In this document: positions 56,634 through 64,000 of the stretch, piece by piece | Position numbering within the stretch: position 1 is the stretch's first letter | Layout of the letters: the number at the start of each line of letters is the position of its first letter | Made by a program: the position numbers and the translations under genes | Notes under the pieces: generated by a model | Told to the model about the DNA's origin: nothing | Databases searched by the model: none | What the model saw: only the letters and a program-made list of their open reading frames with translations | Source: Acidimicrobiia bacterium | Lineage (GTDB): Bacteria; Actinomycetota; Acidimicrobiia; ATN3; PSLF01 | DNA length: 64,000 nucleotides | Assembly (NCBI GenBank): GCA_040289475.1 | Contig: PSLF01000001.1 | Location: 265,009-329,008, forward strand | Direction of reading: 5' to 3'

Positions 56634-57473
56634 CTAGATTTGGATCTTATCGGGGCGCCTAGCAGCCCGTGTCAGGCTTTCGAGAAAGCCGGCTACGTCG
56701 TGCTGAGAGGGGAGAACGAGGTCCGCAGCGTCTTCAATAGCAGGGTCTAGCTCGTCGGAGCCAACTGCGACTGCCAATCCAGCGCGTCCTTCTCGCATGG
56801 AGGCCCATCTTTTTGCCGCCTCGAAAGCTTCGACATCTCCTATGTCATCGCCCAAATACACGACCGCCTCTAACGCAGCAGGCACCTCCTCGAGGAAATC
56901 CCTCAACGCCCTGCCCTTTCCTACCTCCAAAGGTGGCACGAGCTCTACTACCATTCTCCCTACGAGTACTCGAAGTCCGAGGCGCTGAGCCTGAGTGTCG
57001 GCCCACTCTCTCACTGTTTGCGCGGCAAGGTCGGGGTCGGGTGCTCGACGAAAATGCAGCACTACCGATAGTCCTTTTGGCTCGACTGAATAAGGCTCTG
57101 GCCTTAGCGAAGCAAATTCTTGAGCGGCGCGAGTAGCCTCTTCGATAGCAGCTTTCCAGTGGATCGCCTCGTCTCTCGCTCTTTCGAGTCCGTAAAGACC
57201 AATGCGCACTATTCGGTCGCTCGGAATCATCTTCTCGAGGAACTTCGAGGTTCTTCCCGATATAACTGCCGCCGCTCCGACTAGTTCGGAGAGGGTGTCG
57301 AGTTGCGTTAATGCCGCCAGATCAGGGTATGCAAGAGCCGGGTCGTCGACGATCGGAGCTATGGTACCGTCGTAGTCTGTGACGATGGCCACAGCTCGGG
57401 GCCGGCTCTCGAGAATTGACAGGACGCCTTCAAGGGGTGAGTTCTCGTTCGGTTGGTGTGGTTTTTTACTCAC
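56634..57473 (-). CDS. otsB: HAD-family sugar-phosphate phosphatase, trehalose-6-phosphate phosphatase-like
   Basis: HAD motif I VTDYDGTI, motif III/IV YLGDDIGDVEAF, length 279 aa, convergent to the GT20 gene. Confidence 0.75.
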   Translation of the reverse strand: MSKKPHQPNENSPLEGVLSILESRPRAVAIVTDYDGTIAPIVDDPALAYPDLAALTQLDTLSELVGAAAVISGRTSKFLEKMIPSDRIVRIGLYGLERARDEAIHWKAAIEEATRAAQEFASLRPEPYSVEPKGLSVVLHFRRAPDPDLAAQTVREWADTQAQRLGLRVLVGRMVVELVPPLEVGKGRALRDFLEEVPAALEAVVYLGDDIGDVEAFEAAKRWASMREGRAGLAVAVGSDELDPAIEDAADLVLPSQHDVAGFLESLTRAARRPDKIQI

Positions 57474-57985
57474 GTTTTGCCCAAAGATAAGACCAGTTCG
57501 TTAGAGGAAGGATTCTCTATTAGTTGAGCTTTTGGACGAAGATCGCTTGCGAGGCGCTCGGCCACAGCTCTTGACCCGGGGGGATACGCGATTACGGAGC
57601 GATCGAGCCGCGACGATGCTGGTGGGAGGATGTGTACGGTGTATCCCAGAGAGCGCGCTAGGTCTCTCGTCTTGGCAAACTCATCGTTCGAGGCGCCAGC
57701 CTGCTGAAGCGCGACTGTCACTTTGGATCTCTCCGGGAGCGCAGTGGGCGAAGCTTCTGGCGTAGGAGACGGCAGCGATGGAGGCGACGGTGCTTGTGAA
57801 AGCGGTGAGCGCTCAGCTGACTCGGGGGGTGCTGGTGTCGGGTTGGGGCCAGTTATTTGGACAACGAAGTGGGAGTTGCGTGGCATGAGGAGCAAAAATG
57901 TGGCTCCTACCACGAGGCCGAGCAGTACGATCCCAGCGATAACCCTTGCAATTGGACTGTTTACAGCTCTAAGTACGAAATCCAC
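57470..57985 (-). CDS. Membrane-anchored LytR_C-domain protein (hypothetical); 4-nt overlap with otsB
   Basis: N-terminal TM VIAGIVLLGLVVGATFLLL, Pro/Ser-rich linker, C-terminal LytR_C-like VTVALQQAGASNDEFAKTRDLARSLGYTV...VIAYPPGSRAVAERLASDL. Confidence 0.6.
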   Translation of the reverse strand: MDFVLRAVNSPIARVIAGIVLLGLVVGATFLLLMPRNSHFVVQITGPNPTPAPPESAERSPLSQAPSPPSLPSPTPEASPTALPERSKVTVALQQAGASNDEFAKTRDLARSLGYTVHILPPASSRLDRSVIAYPPGSRAVAERLASDLRPKAQLIENPSSNELVLSLGKT

Positions 57986-58209
57986 TCGCTACCGCTCCTC
58001 AATAAGGTTCCCCAAAAAGAGGCAACGTTGGCCCGATTGCTGCCTTCGCTCTGGCAACCGAAAGCTTGCTTGGAGAAGTCATACCGCGTTCTAGATGTAA
58101 GCTCGTCCTCGGCAACGAAAGCTTACCGGAGGCATGACCTCGAGTGCGCGATCCGAACGCTGATGGACTAGATCGACCGCCTGGCCTTGTCCCGTTGGAA
58201 GGTTGCGCG

Positions 58210-58956
58210 ATGGCTGGAGGCGATTCACAGCTCTTGGAGCAAGACGCGGTTTTCGCTCGCGGTGAAGGAGACAACTGGTTTCGTCGCAACCGCACGGCAC
58301 TTGCCTCCACTGAGCTGGCTAAGCGGGACATTGCTCTGGAGATGGTCCTCTCCCTGCGCCCACCCCCTGCCTTCATTCTCGAAGTGGGATGTGCTACGGC
58401 GTGGAGACTGGTTGCAGTTCAGGAGGCTACGGGAGCGTTTTGCGTGGGGATAGATGTATCCCAAGAGGCACTGGCAGAAGGAAAGCGGAGCTTCAGCATT
58501 GGTAGGGGTCAGCCGAAACTCGCCCGGGCAAGGGTTTCTGCGCTTCCTTTTTCTCGGTCGGTGGAGTTCGATGTCGTGATAGCAAGCTTCGTGTTTCACT
58601 GGATCGACCGCAAGCACTTGCTTCGCGCTGTCGCCGAGATTGACTCTCACCTCGCGGACGGGGGTAGATTGATACTTCAGGACTTTTTGCCGTCGGAACC
58701 GACAAAAGTCCCCTATCATCACCTGCCTGATTCTGGAATCTTCACGTACAAGCAGGATTACTCGGAAATCTTTATCGCATCCGGTCTGTACGAGCTAGAA
58801 AAAGTCGTCGTATTCGACCACGACGACCCTTCCGGCCCGATCAAGATGCTTTCGCAAAACGCGTCGTCGCAGAATGCGATTCCTGAGCGGTCTAGGGCAG
58901 GGGCGTGGCTGATAAAGAAGGTGAAAGCCGGAGTGCACCGCCTCCTGAGCACATGA
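58210..58956 (+). CDS. Class I SAM-dependent methyltransferase (ORF extends upstream to 58144)
   Basis: Motif I ILEVGCATAWRL, acidic motif II IGIDVS, motif III FDVVIASFVFHWI, and post-II DGGRLILQD. Confidence 0.7.
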   Translation: MAGGDSQLLEQDAVFARGEGDNWFRRNRTALASTELAKRDIALEMVLSLRPPPAFILEVGCATAWRLVAVQEATGAFCVGIDVSQEALAEGKRSFSIGRGQPKLARARVSALPFSRSVEFDVVIASFVFHWIDRKHLLRAVAEIDSHLADGGRLILQDFLPSEPTKVPYHHLPDSGIFTYKQDYSEIFIASGLYELEKVVVFDHDDPSGPIKMLSQNASSQNAIPERSRAGAWLIKKVKAGVHRLLST

Positions 58957-59070
58957 GCCGGCACTAGATCGAGTTTGGCGGGCGGATTTTCGTGCCAGCG
59001 GATGTGGGAATAAGTGGTTGAGAGTCTTTCTCTCGACCTCTCGACGGCCTGCTGCGAGGTGGAGTGTGAC

Positions 59071-59826
59071 ATGGACGTAGAAGAGTACGGTCGCATTGCG
59101 CAAGCAGAGGATGCGCACTGGTGGTACCGCGCTGTTCGGGCGGTACTCAGCAAGGCTGCCGAGAGGAGACTCGAACCCAAGACGGGCAGGTTCTTGGATG
59201 CAGGCTGCGGTCCGGGGGGAAACAGCAACTGGGTTCCCGGCAAATTCTTAGTGTATGGAGTCGACATAGCTGCCGAGGCAGTAGCCTACTCCGCGGCTAA
59301 GCGCCCGGAGATGCAAGTTATCCGAGGTTCGGTAACGGCTCTTCCGTTCAAGGAGGAAAGCTTCGACGGAGTGCAGTCGATTACTGTGGTCTGCCATACG
59401 GCAGTGAGTTCGGTACAGATAGCGCTCGCGGAGTACCACCGGGTGTTGCGCCCCGGGGGACTGTTACTTCTGGTAGAACCCGCGTTCAGGATTTTCAGGC
59501 GCTCCCATGACCGGGTAGTGAGAGCAGAAAGGCGGTTCCGATTGCGGGAGCTGTGCGAAGCGGTCGAGGATGCAGGATTCGACATCTTCGCCGCAACATA
59601 TTTCTTTGCGTGTTTGGCCCCTGCTGCGCTCGCTCTCGCTTTAGTCGATAGGGCGTCTGGTGGATCTGGACACAAAAGCGACTTGGAGAGGCCGAGCGCA
59701 CTGGACCCGATCTTCGAAAAGCTGGCTGCTGTCGAGATCAAACTTGCGTCAAGGGGTCTTTCGGGCGAGGGCAGATCGGTGATTCCATTTGGAACCTCTG
59801 CTTTAGTCGTGGCGATCAGAAAGTAG
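59071..59826 (+). CDS. Class I SAM-dependent methyltransferase (type 11-like); ATG at 59071 is preferred over the ORF start at 59014
   Basis: AHWWYRA, motif I FLDAGCGPGGNS, VYGVDIA, motif III FDGVQSITVVCH, post-II LRPGGLLLLVEP. Confidence 0.7.
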   Translation: MDVEEYGRIAQAEDAHWWYRAVRAVLSKAAERRLEPKTGRFLDAGCGPGGNSNWVPGKFLVYGVDIAAEAVAYSAAKRPEMQVIRGSVTALPFKEESFDGVQSITVVCHTAVSSVQIALAEYHRVLRPGGLLLLVEPAFRIFRRSHDRVVRAERRFRLRELCEAVEDAGFDIFAATYFFACLAPAALALALVDRASGGSGHKSDLERPSALDPIFEKLAAVEIKLASRGLSGEGRSVIPFGTSALVVAIRK

Positions 59827-59877
59827 CAGGGAGTACCACTGCTCGTCTGATGTTCAGTCTTGGGATTAGAACCCGAG

Positions 59878-60843
59878 TCATAGATATTTCGAGGCAGCAG
59901 CGATAGCTTGCTCGGCCTCCTCAACGAATCTCCGTACCAGTTCTCCTGCCGGGACCAACTCTTGGATAGCTCCACTTCCCTGACCAGCAGGGTAGCACTC
60001 CTTCTCCGGGTCGACGTCTTCCGCCTCGGGCCCTAGCGCTAAATGAAATGCCCCATCTTGAAAAGACCGCATAGCTTGGATCGGAAACGGCTTTAGTTCT
60101 TCGGGATGATCGTCCCACCAGTCGGTGTACTTGTTTTTCAGAACCCGCATTGTCTTGCCCGAGTATGCCCGGCTTATCACCGTGGAGTCTTCTTTTGCTC
60201 GGATCAGTGCTTCTTTGTATCCAGGCGTCGTTCTTGCCTCAGGAGTGGCGATGAACCTCGTGCCTATCCATACACCGTCAGCTCCTAGCATCAAAGCCGC
60301 TGCCAATCCTCTTCCGTCGAAGATACCTCCGGCCGCGAGGACTGGGACCCGATCGCCCACCGCGTCGACGATCTGGGGCACCAGGGGGAATGTCGCAACT
60401 CGCCCCGTGTGCCCGCCGGCCTCTGTTCCTTGGGCAACCACGATGTCGCACCCTGCCTCAACTGCTCGCACTGCGTGCGAGACCTTACCGCACATGTTCA
60501 TTACCAAAAGGCCGTTTCGGTGGCACATCTCTATGACTGATTCGGGAACTCCGAGGCCTGCTACGAACACCGATGCTCCACCCTCGATAACAAGCTCTAC
60601 TAGCGGCGTCATGTCGCCTGGCATGGCAGTGAGCAAGTCGACGCCGAATGGTTTGGCAGTCAAATCCCTGACCCTTTTCATCTCTTCCACCATCTGTTGA
60701 GGACTCATGGTCGAGGCTCCAAGGCAGCCGAAACCTCCGGCTTCCGACACAGCCGCTACCAAACTCGAGTACGAAACGCCCCCCATTCCCGCGAGAAGTA
60801 CGGGGTGCTCAATACCTAGCATCTCCGTAATACGAGTCTTCAT
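59878..60843 (-). CDS. Nitronate monooxygenase / NAD(P)H-dependent flavin oxidoreductase (NMO/FabK-like)
   Basis: LGIEHPVLLAGMGGVS, the FMN-binding region GADGVWIGTRF, and C-terminal VAQGTEAGGH. Confidence 0.85.
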   Translation of the reverse strand: MKTRITEMLGIEHPVLLAGMGGVSYSSLVAAVSEAGGFGCLGASTMSPQQMVEEMKRVRDLTAKPFGVDLLTAMPGDMTPLVELVIEGGASVFVAGLGVPESVIEMCHRNGLLVMNMCGKVSHAVRAVEAGCDIVVAQGTEAGGHTGRVATFPLVPQIVDAVGDRVPVLAAGGIFDGRGLAAALMLGADGVWIGTRFIATPEARTTPGYKEALIRAKEDSTVISRAYSGKTMRVLKNKYTDWWDDHPEELKPFPIQAMRSFQDGAFHLALGPEAEDVDPEKECYPAGQGSGAIQELVPAGELVRRFVEEAEQAIAAASKYL

Positions 60844-60982
60844 CCGAACCTTCGCTCTTTCCGCAATTCAAAACTGATTCACAAAATCGATCGAGTAGAT
60901 GCCTAACCGTTATCCAGTGCTCGATCGTCCAGGGCTCAATCTAGGCACTGCCCGGACAAATGACAATGTTACCATATGGTAA

Positions 60983-61489
60983 CTAGGTGCCCGCACCGTT
61001 CTGCTCGTCTGTGGTCGTTTCCAAGCATTCTGATTCCACTGACTCGTCGGGGACCAATCCGACCTCGCTGACTTTGCCCAGCCCTGAATGAATCGAGATA
61101 GCCTTGGCCAACTGCTCGGTCTTGGTTTTTGGAACCACCTTGAAGCGAAGCCGGTTAGGCGCAGGAGCATCGGCTTTGAGGTACAGTTCGATTCGCCCAT
61201 AACCCAGAGGAGTCGATCCAGTTTCGATTTTCTCAATCCATTCCAGCGAGAAGCTTGTTGTTTGGGAGTTGATCTTTGCTCGGTCTACGAAGAACACCCG
61301 TTTTTCTGTCACTGCGACCAATCCGAAGCGGCCTTTATATGCGCCTCGCGCCAGGGATACGACGATCTCTCCAGGCTCCACCATAGACTCGAGCCGACGA
61401 AGCTCCTTTCGAACGGCGAGGCGGGCCGGGGCAGATAGATCGCTGAGCGACACTTCCACAATGCTCTTGGAAGCGTTGCTCTCTTGCAT
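60983..61489 (-). CDS. Bacterial PH-domain (bPH/DUF304-like) protein, hypothetical
   Basis: PGEIVVSLARGAYKGRFGLVAVTEKRVFFVDRAKINSQTTSFSLEWIEKIE is the strand-rich core typical of bacterial PH-like domains. 10-nt gap to the upstream gene. Confidence 0.5.
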   Translation of the reverse strand: MQESNASKSIVEVSLSDLSAPARLAVRKELRRLESMVEPGEIVVSLARGAYKGRFGLVAVTEKRVFFVDRAKINSQTTSFSLEWIEKIETGSTPLGYGRIELYLKADAPAPNRLRFKVVPKTKTEQLAKAISIHSGLGKVSEVGLVPDESVESECLETTTDEQNGAGT

Positions 61490-61498
61490 AATTGCCCC

Positions 61499-62428
61499 TC
61501 AGTTCGGCAGTCCGAACCACGAAGATCTGTAGTCGAAGAGGTATCGGTCGGAGACGAAGTTGAGAGCTCTGCGGACCGCTTCTGAGTCAGACGCGATTCG
61601 TTCTAGCGTCTCCAAAGCGTCTCGCGCCGATGCCGCTGATGCAATGTTACTTCTAATCAGATACGAATAACAGGAAGAAGCGAGCGATTCTAGCACACGA
61701 AGGCCGTCGTCTGCGCCCAAAACCTCTTCTGTATCGAGATCACGCGACGATTTGTCGCCTCCCGAAACTGCAACAAGAGCCCGTTTTACCGCTGCTCGAT
61801 ACCGGGGTGAGCGGTCAATCATAGTTCCGGCGTAGTCCGGAAATACGCCCGCCAAAAGCAGGCAGAGATCTCCTATGCGCTTCACGATTTGTAGTCTCGC
61901 CAGTTCATCGGCGTCTGATGCAATGTCGACCAGGCTGGCAAGGTCCAGCTCAGAGAAGCGCTTCTTCCGTAGTCCCTTTGCGGATGGCCGCACCAGCGTG
62001 CCTGAGGAAACATGTGTAAATGAGGCCAAAAGCTCGGCAAGAAAAAACCTACTCGAAGGGTCGTGAAGGATGCGCTTTGCGCCTCGGGTGTCAAAGAGGG
62101 GAACCCTTTTCCTAGGCCCGATCCACTCGGTGACGAAAGTGGCTTTAGAAATTGCGATTGCACTTCGGTGAATCAAAACTGCAAAGCCCAAAAACGGCGA
62201 TACCTGTAGCAGGGGCTCTCCGTCTGGACCGAAGAGTGATCGGTAAAGGTCTTCGGATGCGAGGAGGTATTCCAAGAGCTCGGGATCGTTCTTTATCTGC
62301 CGGAACCCGAGCTTGGAAAAAGTCGTGTTCGACGCTACCACCTTAGAGAGCACGGCATAATCCCCATCGCTCAAAAACTCGGAATATCGTTGCAGCGTCA
62401 CCTCTGCCTCCGAACCTCCGTCAATCAA
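61499..62428 (-). CDS. Hypothetical protein (309 aa), no recognisable domain; first gene of a two-gene unit with the bPH protein
   Basis: Intact ORF with typical codon usage; no motif could be matched by eye. Confidence 0.5.
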   Translation of the reverse strand: MIDGGSEAEVTLQRYSEFLSDGDYAVLSKVVASNTTFSKLGFRQIKNDPELLEYLLASEDLYRSLFGPDGEPLLQVSPFLGFAVLIHRSAIAISKATFVTEWIGPRKRVPLFDTRGAKRILHDPSSRFFLAELLASFTHVSSGTLVRPSAKGLRKKRFSELDLASLVDIASDADELARLQIVKRIGDLCLLLAGVFPDYAGTMIDRSPRYRAAVKRALVAVSGGDKSSRDLDTEEVLGADDGLRVLESLASSCYSYLIRSNIASAASARDALETLERIASDSEAVRRALNFVSDRYLFDYRSSWFGLPN

Positions 62429-62528
62429 CTATTGGAATAATCCATATAGACTTAGTCGGAATTTCTTTCCAACTATAAGCTTGGAAAGCTTGTGAATCGT
62501 CGCACTCGAGAGGCGAGGTCACCACCGA

Positions 62529-63419
62529 ATGCGGGCCACTTCCAATTCGTTATCACAGATCTCTTCTATATTTAGTTTCGGGAAAACACACTCTTCTCAA
62601 AAGAAAAAGGAGCAGGACCAGCCCCGAAGCGCTTCTCACCCGAATGATTTCGGGGTCGAACACCTGGGTTCCGCGATCACCCTGGAGCGGGTGTCAAAGG
62701 TGTACGGCAGAGGAGCTTCGGCAGTCCGGGCGCTCGAAGGGGTGTCTTTGGACGTGGGTTTCGGAGAGTTCGTGTGCATCGTGGGCGCCTCGGGATGCGG
62801 AAAGTCCACGCTTCTGAGTTTGGTAGCAGGTCTCGACCAGCCTACGGCGGGCAAAGTCGATGTGAGGGTTCGCACCGCCCTTATGTTCCAAGAAGCCGCC
62901 TTGTTTCCGTGGCTGTCGGTGTGGAAAAACGTGGAGCTTCCTCTCAAGATTCAACGGGTACGCAGGGATCACAGAGAGCAGATCGTAGGAGCGCTGTTGG
63001 AGATGGTTAGACTCAAAGGCTTCGAGCACCGCAGACCTCATGAGCTTTCCGGTGGCATGCGCCAGAGGGCTGCTTTGGCGCGGGCACTGGCGCAGAGAGC
63101 TGAAGCGCTACTAATGGATGAGCCCTTCGGGTCCCTGGACGCTATCACCCGCGACGTGATGCACCAAGAAATCGAAGAGCTTTGGGGAGAGACGGGATTT
63201 ACGGTGCTATTCGTGACTCACAACGTGAGAGAGGCTGTGAGGCTTGGGGACAGGATTGTAGTAATGTCGAGCCGTCCCGGACGAGTAATTCAGGAGATCC
63301 CCGTCAGCCTCCCAAGGCCCAGGCGAATGGAGTCCAAAGAAGTCGCCGAGTTAGCAACGCAGATCGTCGATGTATTGCACCGTGAGGTGCGAGCGCACGG
63401 TACCGGGCAGTGGAGGTGA
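62529..63419 (+). CDS. ABC transporter ATP-binding protein, NitT/TauT (SsuB/TauB/ThiZ-like) family. Start uncertain: an RBS AAAGGAG at about 62595 suggests an internal start near 62690.
   Basis: Walker A GASGCGKST, Q-loop, signature LSGGMRQRAALARA, Walker B LLMDEPFGSLD, H-loop VTHN. Confidence 0.85.
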   Translation: MRATSNSLSQISSIFSFGKTHSSQKKKEQDQPRSASHPNDFGVEHLGSAITLERVSKVYGRGASAVRALEGVSLDVGFGEFVCIVGASGCGKSTLLSLVAGLDQPTAGKVDVRVRTALMFQEAALFPWLSVWKNVELPLKIQRVRRDHREQIVGALLEMVRLKGFEHRRPHELSGGMRQRAALARALAQRAEALLMDEPFGSLDAITRDVMHQEIEELWGETGFTVLFVTHNVREAVRLGDRIVVMSSRPGRVIQEIPVSLPRPRRMESKEVAELATQIVDVLHREVRAHGTGQWR

Positions 63420-64000
63420 CCCCAGGGCGGAAATCGCTGGAAGGGACAGTCGCCGTCATCGCTGCCACGCTCCTGTGGGGGTCGACTGGCGTGTTCGTAA
63501 AGATGACCAAGATGCCCGGCCCAGCGATCACTTTCTGGAGGGTGTTTTTCGGTGCCGCAATTCTCTCTTTGGCGACGCTCGCCCAGCGACAGAAGGTCCG
63601 CAATGGTCCCATCCTAGCCTGCTTGGGAACAGGAATCATTTTTGGGCTCAGCATAGTCCTGTACTTCACAGCGCTTCGACTTACATCCATTGCAAACGTG
63701 ACTCTGATTGGGGCACTCGCACCTGTAGCAGTCGCTTTGGTCTCCCCTAGGACTGTTGGGGAGAAAGTGCCAGGCAAAGCGGTGATCGCGTTAGTGGTAG
63801 CAACCGGGGGAGTTTCTTTGGCGATTTTGTCTTCACGCGGACTACCTGAAAGAAACGGCCTTGGTGATCTGGCGGCCCTTACGAGTCTAGTTCTGTTTGT
63901 CGCGTATTTCTTGTTGTCGAAGCAGTTGAGGCAGAAGACTCCGAACACCCGGTACAACCTTCTCATGACACTAGGAGCTGCAATCCCTGTGACGGTGGTA
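63416..64000 (+). CDS. EamA/DMT-superfamily transporter, N-terminal part (continues beyond window). The GTG start overlaps the stop of the ABC ATPase (GTGA).
   Basis: Hand translation of this frame gives consecutive TM helices with the EamA pattern. This frame is absent from the ORF track because it has no stop in the window. Confidence 0.7.
   Translation, partial: MTPGRKSLEGTVAVIAATLLWGSTGVFVKMTKMPGPAITFWRVFFGAAILSLATLAQRQKVRNGPILACLGTGIIFGLSIVLYFTALRLTSIANVTLIGALAPVAVALVSPRTVGEKVPGKAVIALVVATGGVSLAILSSRGLPERNGLGDLAALTSLVLFVAYFLLSKQLRQKTPNTRYNLLMTLGAAIPVTVV

Noticed and set aside
62429-62640. TPP or other riboswitch upstream of the NitT/TauT-type ABC ATPase
   Set aside because: The CUGAGA / ACCUGAUCUGGAUAAUGCCAGCG TPP signature and other riboswitch cores I know are absent. 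Only the AT-rich composition was noted.
63304-63966. 220-aa minus-strand ORF at the window end
   Set aside because: It is antisense to a clean multi-TM EamA/DMT reading frame that starts with a GTG overlapping the upstream stop; shadow ORF.

Overview
High-GC (about 58-60% by eye) chromosomal segment with the gene order of an actinobacterium near the replication origin. Annotation is from motifs read directly in the six-frame translations; no searches were run.

Gene content, in order:
- gyrB C-terminus and gyrA, then an LAS/M15 VanY-like peptidase, an archaeal-type cofactor-independent phosphoglycerate mutase, and the DUF3566 membrane protein that follows gyrA in actinobacteria.
- tRNA-Ile(GAT) and tRNA-Ala(TGC).
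- A lineage-specific insert: a large secreted hypothetical protein, a GNAT acetyltransferase, asnB, a thiolase with a TGACC-N4-GGTCA operator-like palindrome upstream, and a small zinc-ribbon membrane protein.
- The conserved cell-wall/division signalling cluster: crgA, a class E sortase, trpG/pabA, pknB (four PASTA repeats), pbpA, rodA, pstP, fhaB, fhaA.
- tRNA-Leu(CAG), a CARDB-like membrane-anchored protein, pheA, serS, and pstSCAB.
- A DNA-repair neighbourhood: a membrane-anchored EEP nuclease/phosphatase, a small 2TM-domain protein, the Lhr helicase, a Pro-rich membrane protein, and the SRAP/YedK abasic-site peptidase.
- Housekeeping and envelope genes: Usp, an ABC1/UbiB kinase, an FAD-linked sugar-lactone oxidase, an MsbA-like ABC exporter carrying an insertion before Walker A, a divergent YchF-like P-loop protein with degenerate G motifs, protein O-mannosyltransferase Pmt, a GH31-like secreted hydrolase in an operon with a DUF2993/LmeA-like protein and a polytopic membrane protein, an SDR, HtrA, and a rhomboid protease with an N-terminal zinc ribbon.
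- An orphan beta-class DNA methyltransferase (DPPF ... FxGxG) with no adjacent restriction enzyme.
- A compatible-solute locus: glycerate kinase divergent from a translationally coupled TreT-like GT4 and OtsA-like GT20 pair, a convergent OtsB fused in an operon to a LytR_C protein, and two class I SAM methyltransferases.
- A nitronate monooxygenase/FabK-like enzyme, a two-gene unit of unknown function (309-aa protein plus bacterial PH-domain protein), a NitT/TauT-type ABC ATPase, and the start of an EamA/DMT transporter.

No transposase, integrase, CRISPR array or phage genes were seen.

The more unusual observations are:
- A lipoprotein whose roughly 70-aa C-terminal domain is duplicated in tandem directly after an in-frame TAG.
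- The degenerate YchF paralog.
- The two trehalose routes co-located with glycerate kinase and methyltransferases.
- The orphan DNA methyltransferase with a Gly-rich insertion.
- An AT-rich divergent promoter region at about 62.43-62.60 kb.
- Several perfect palindromes and hairpins in intergenic regions.
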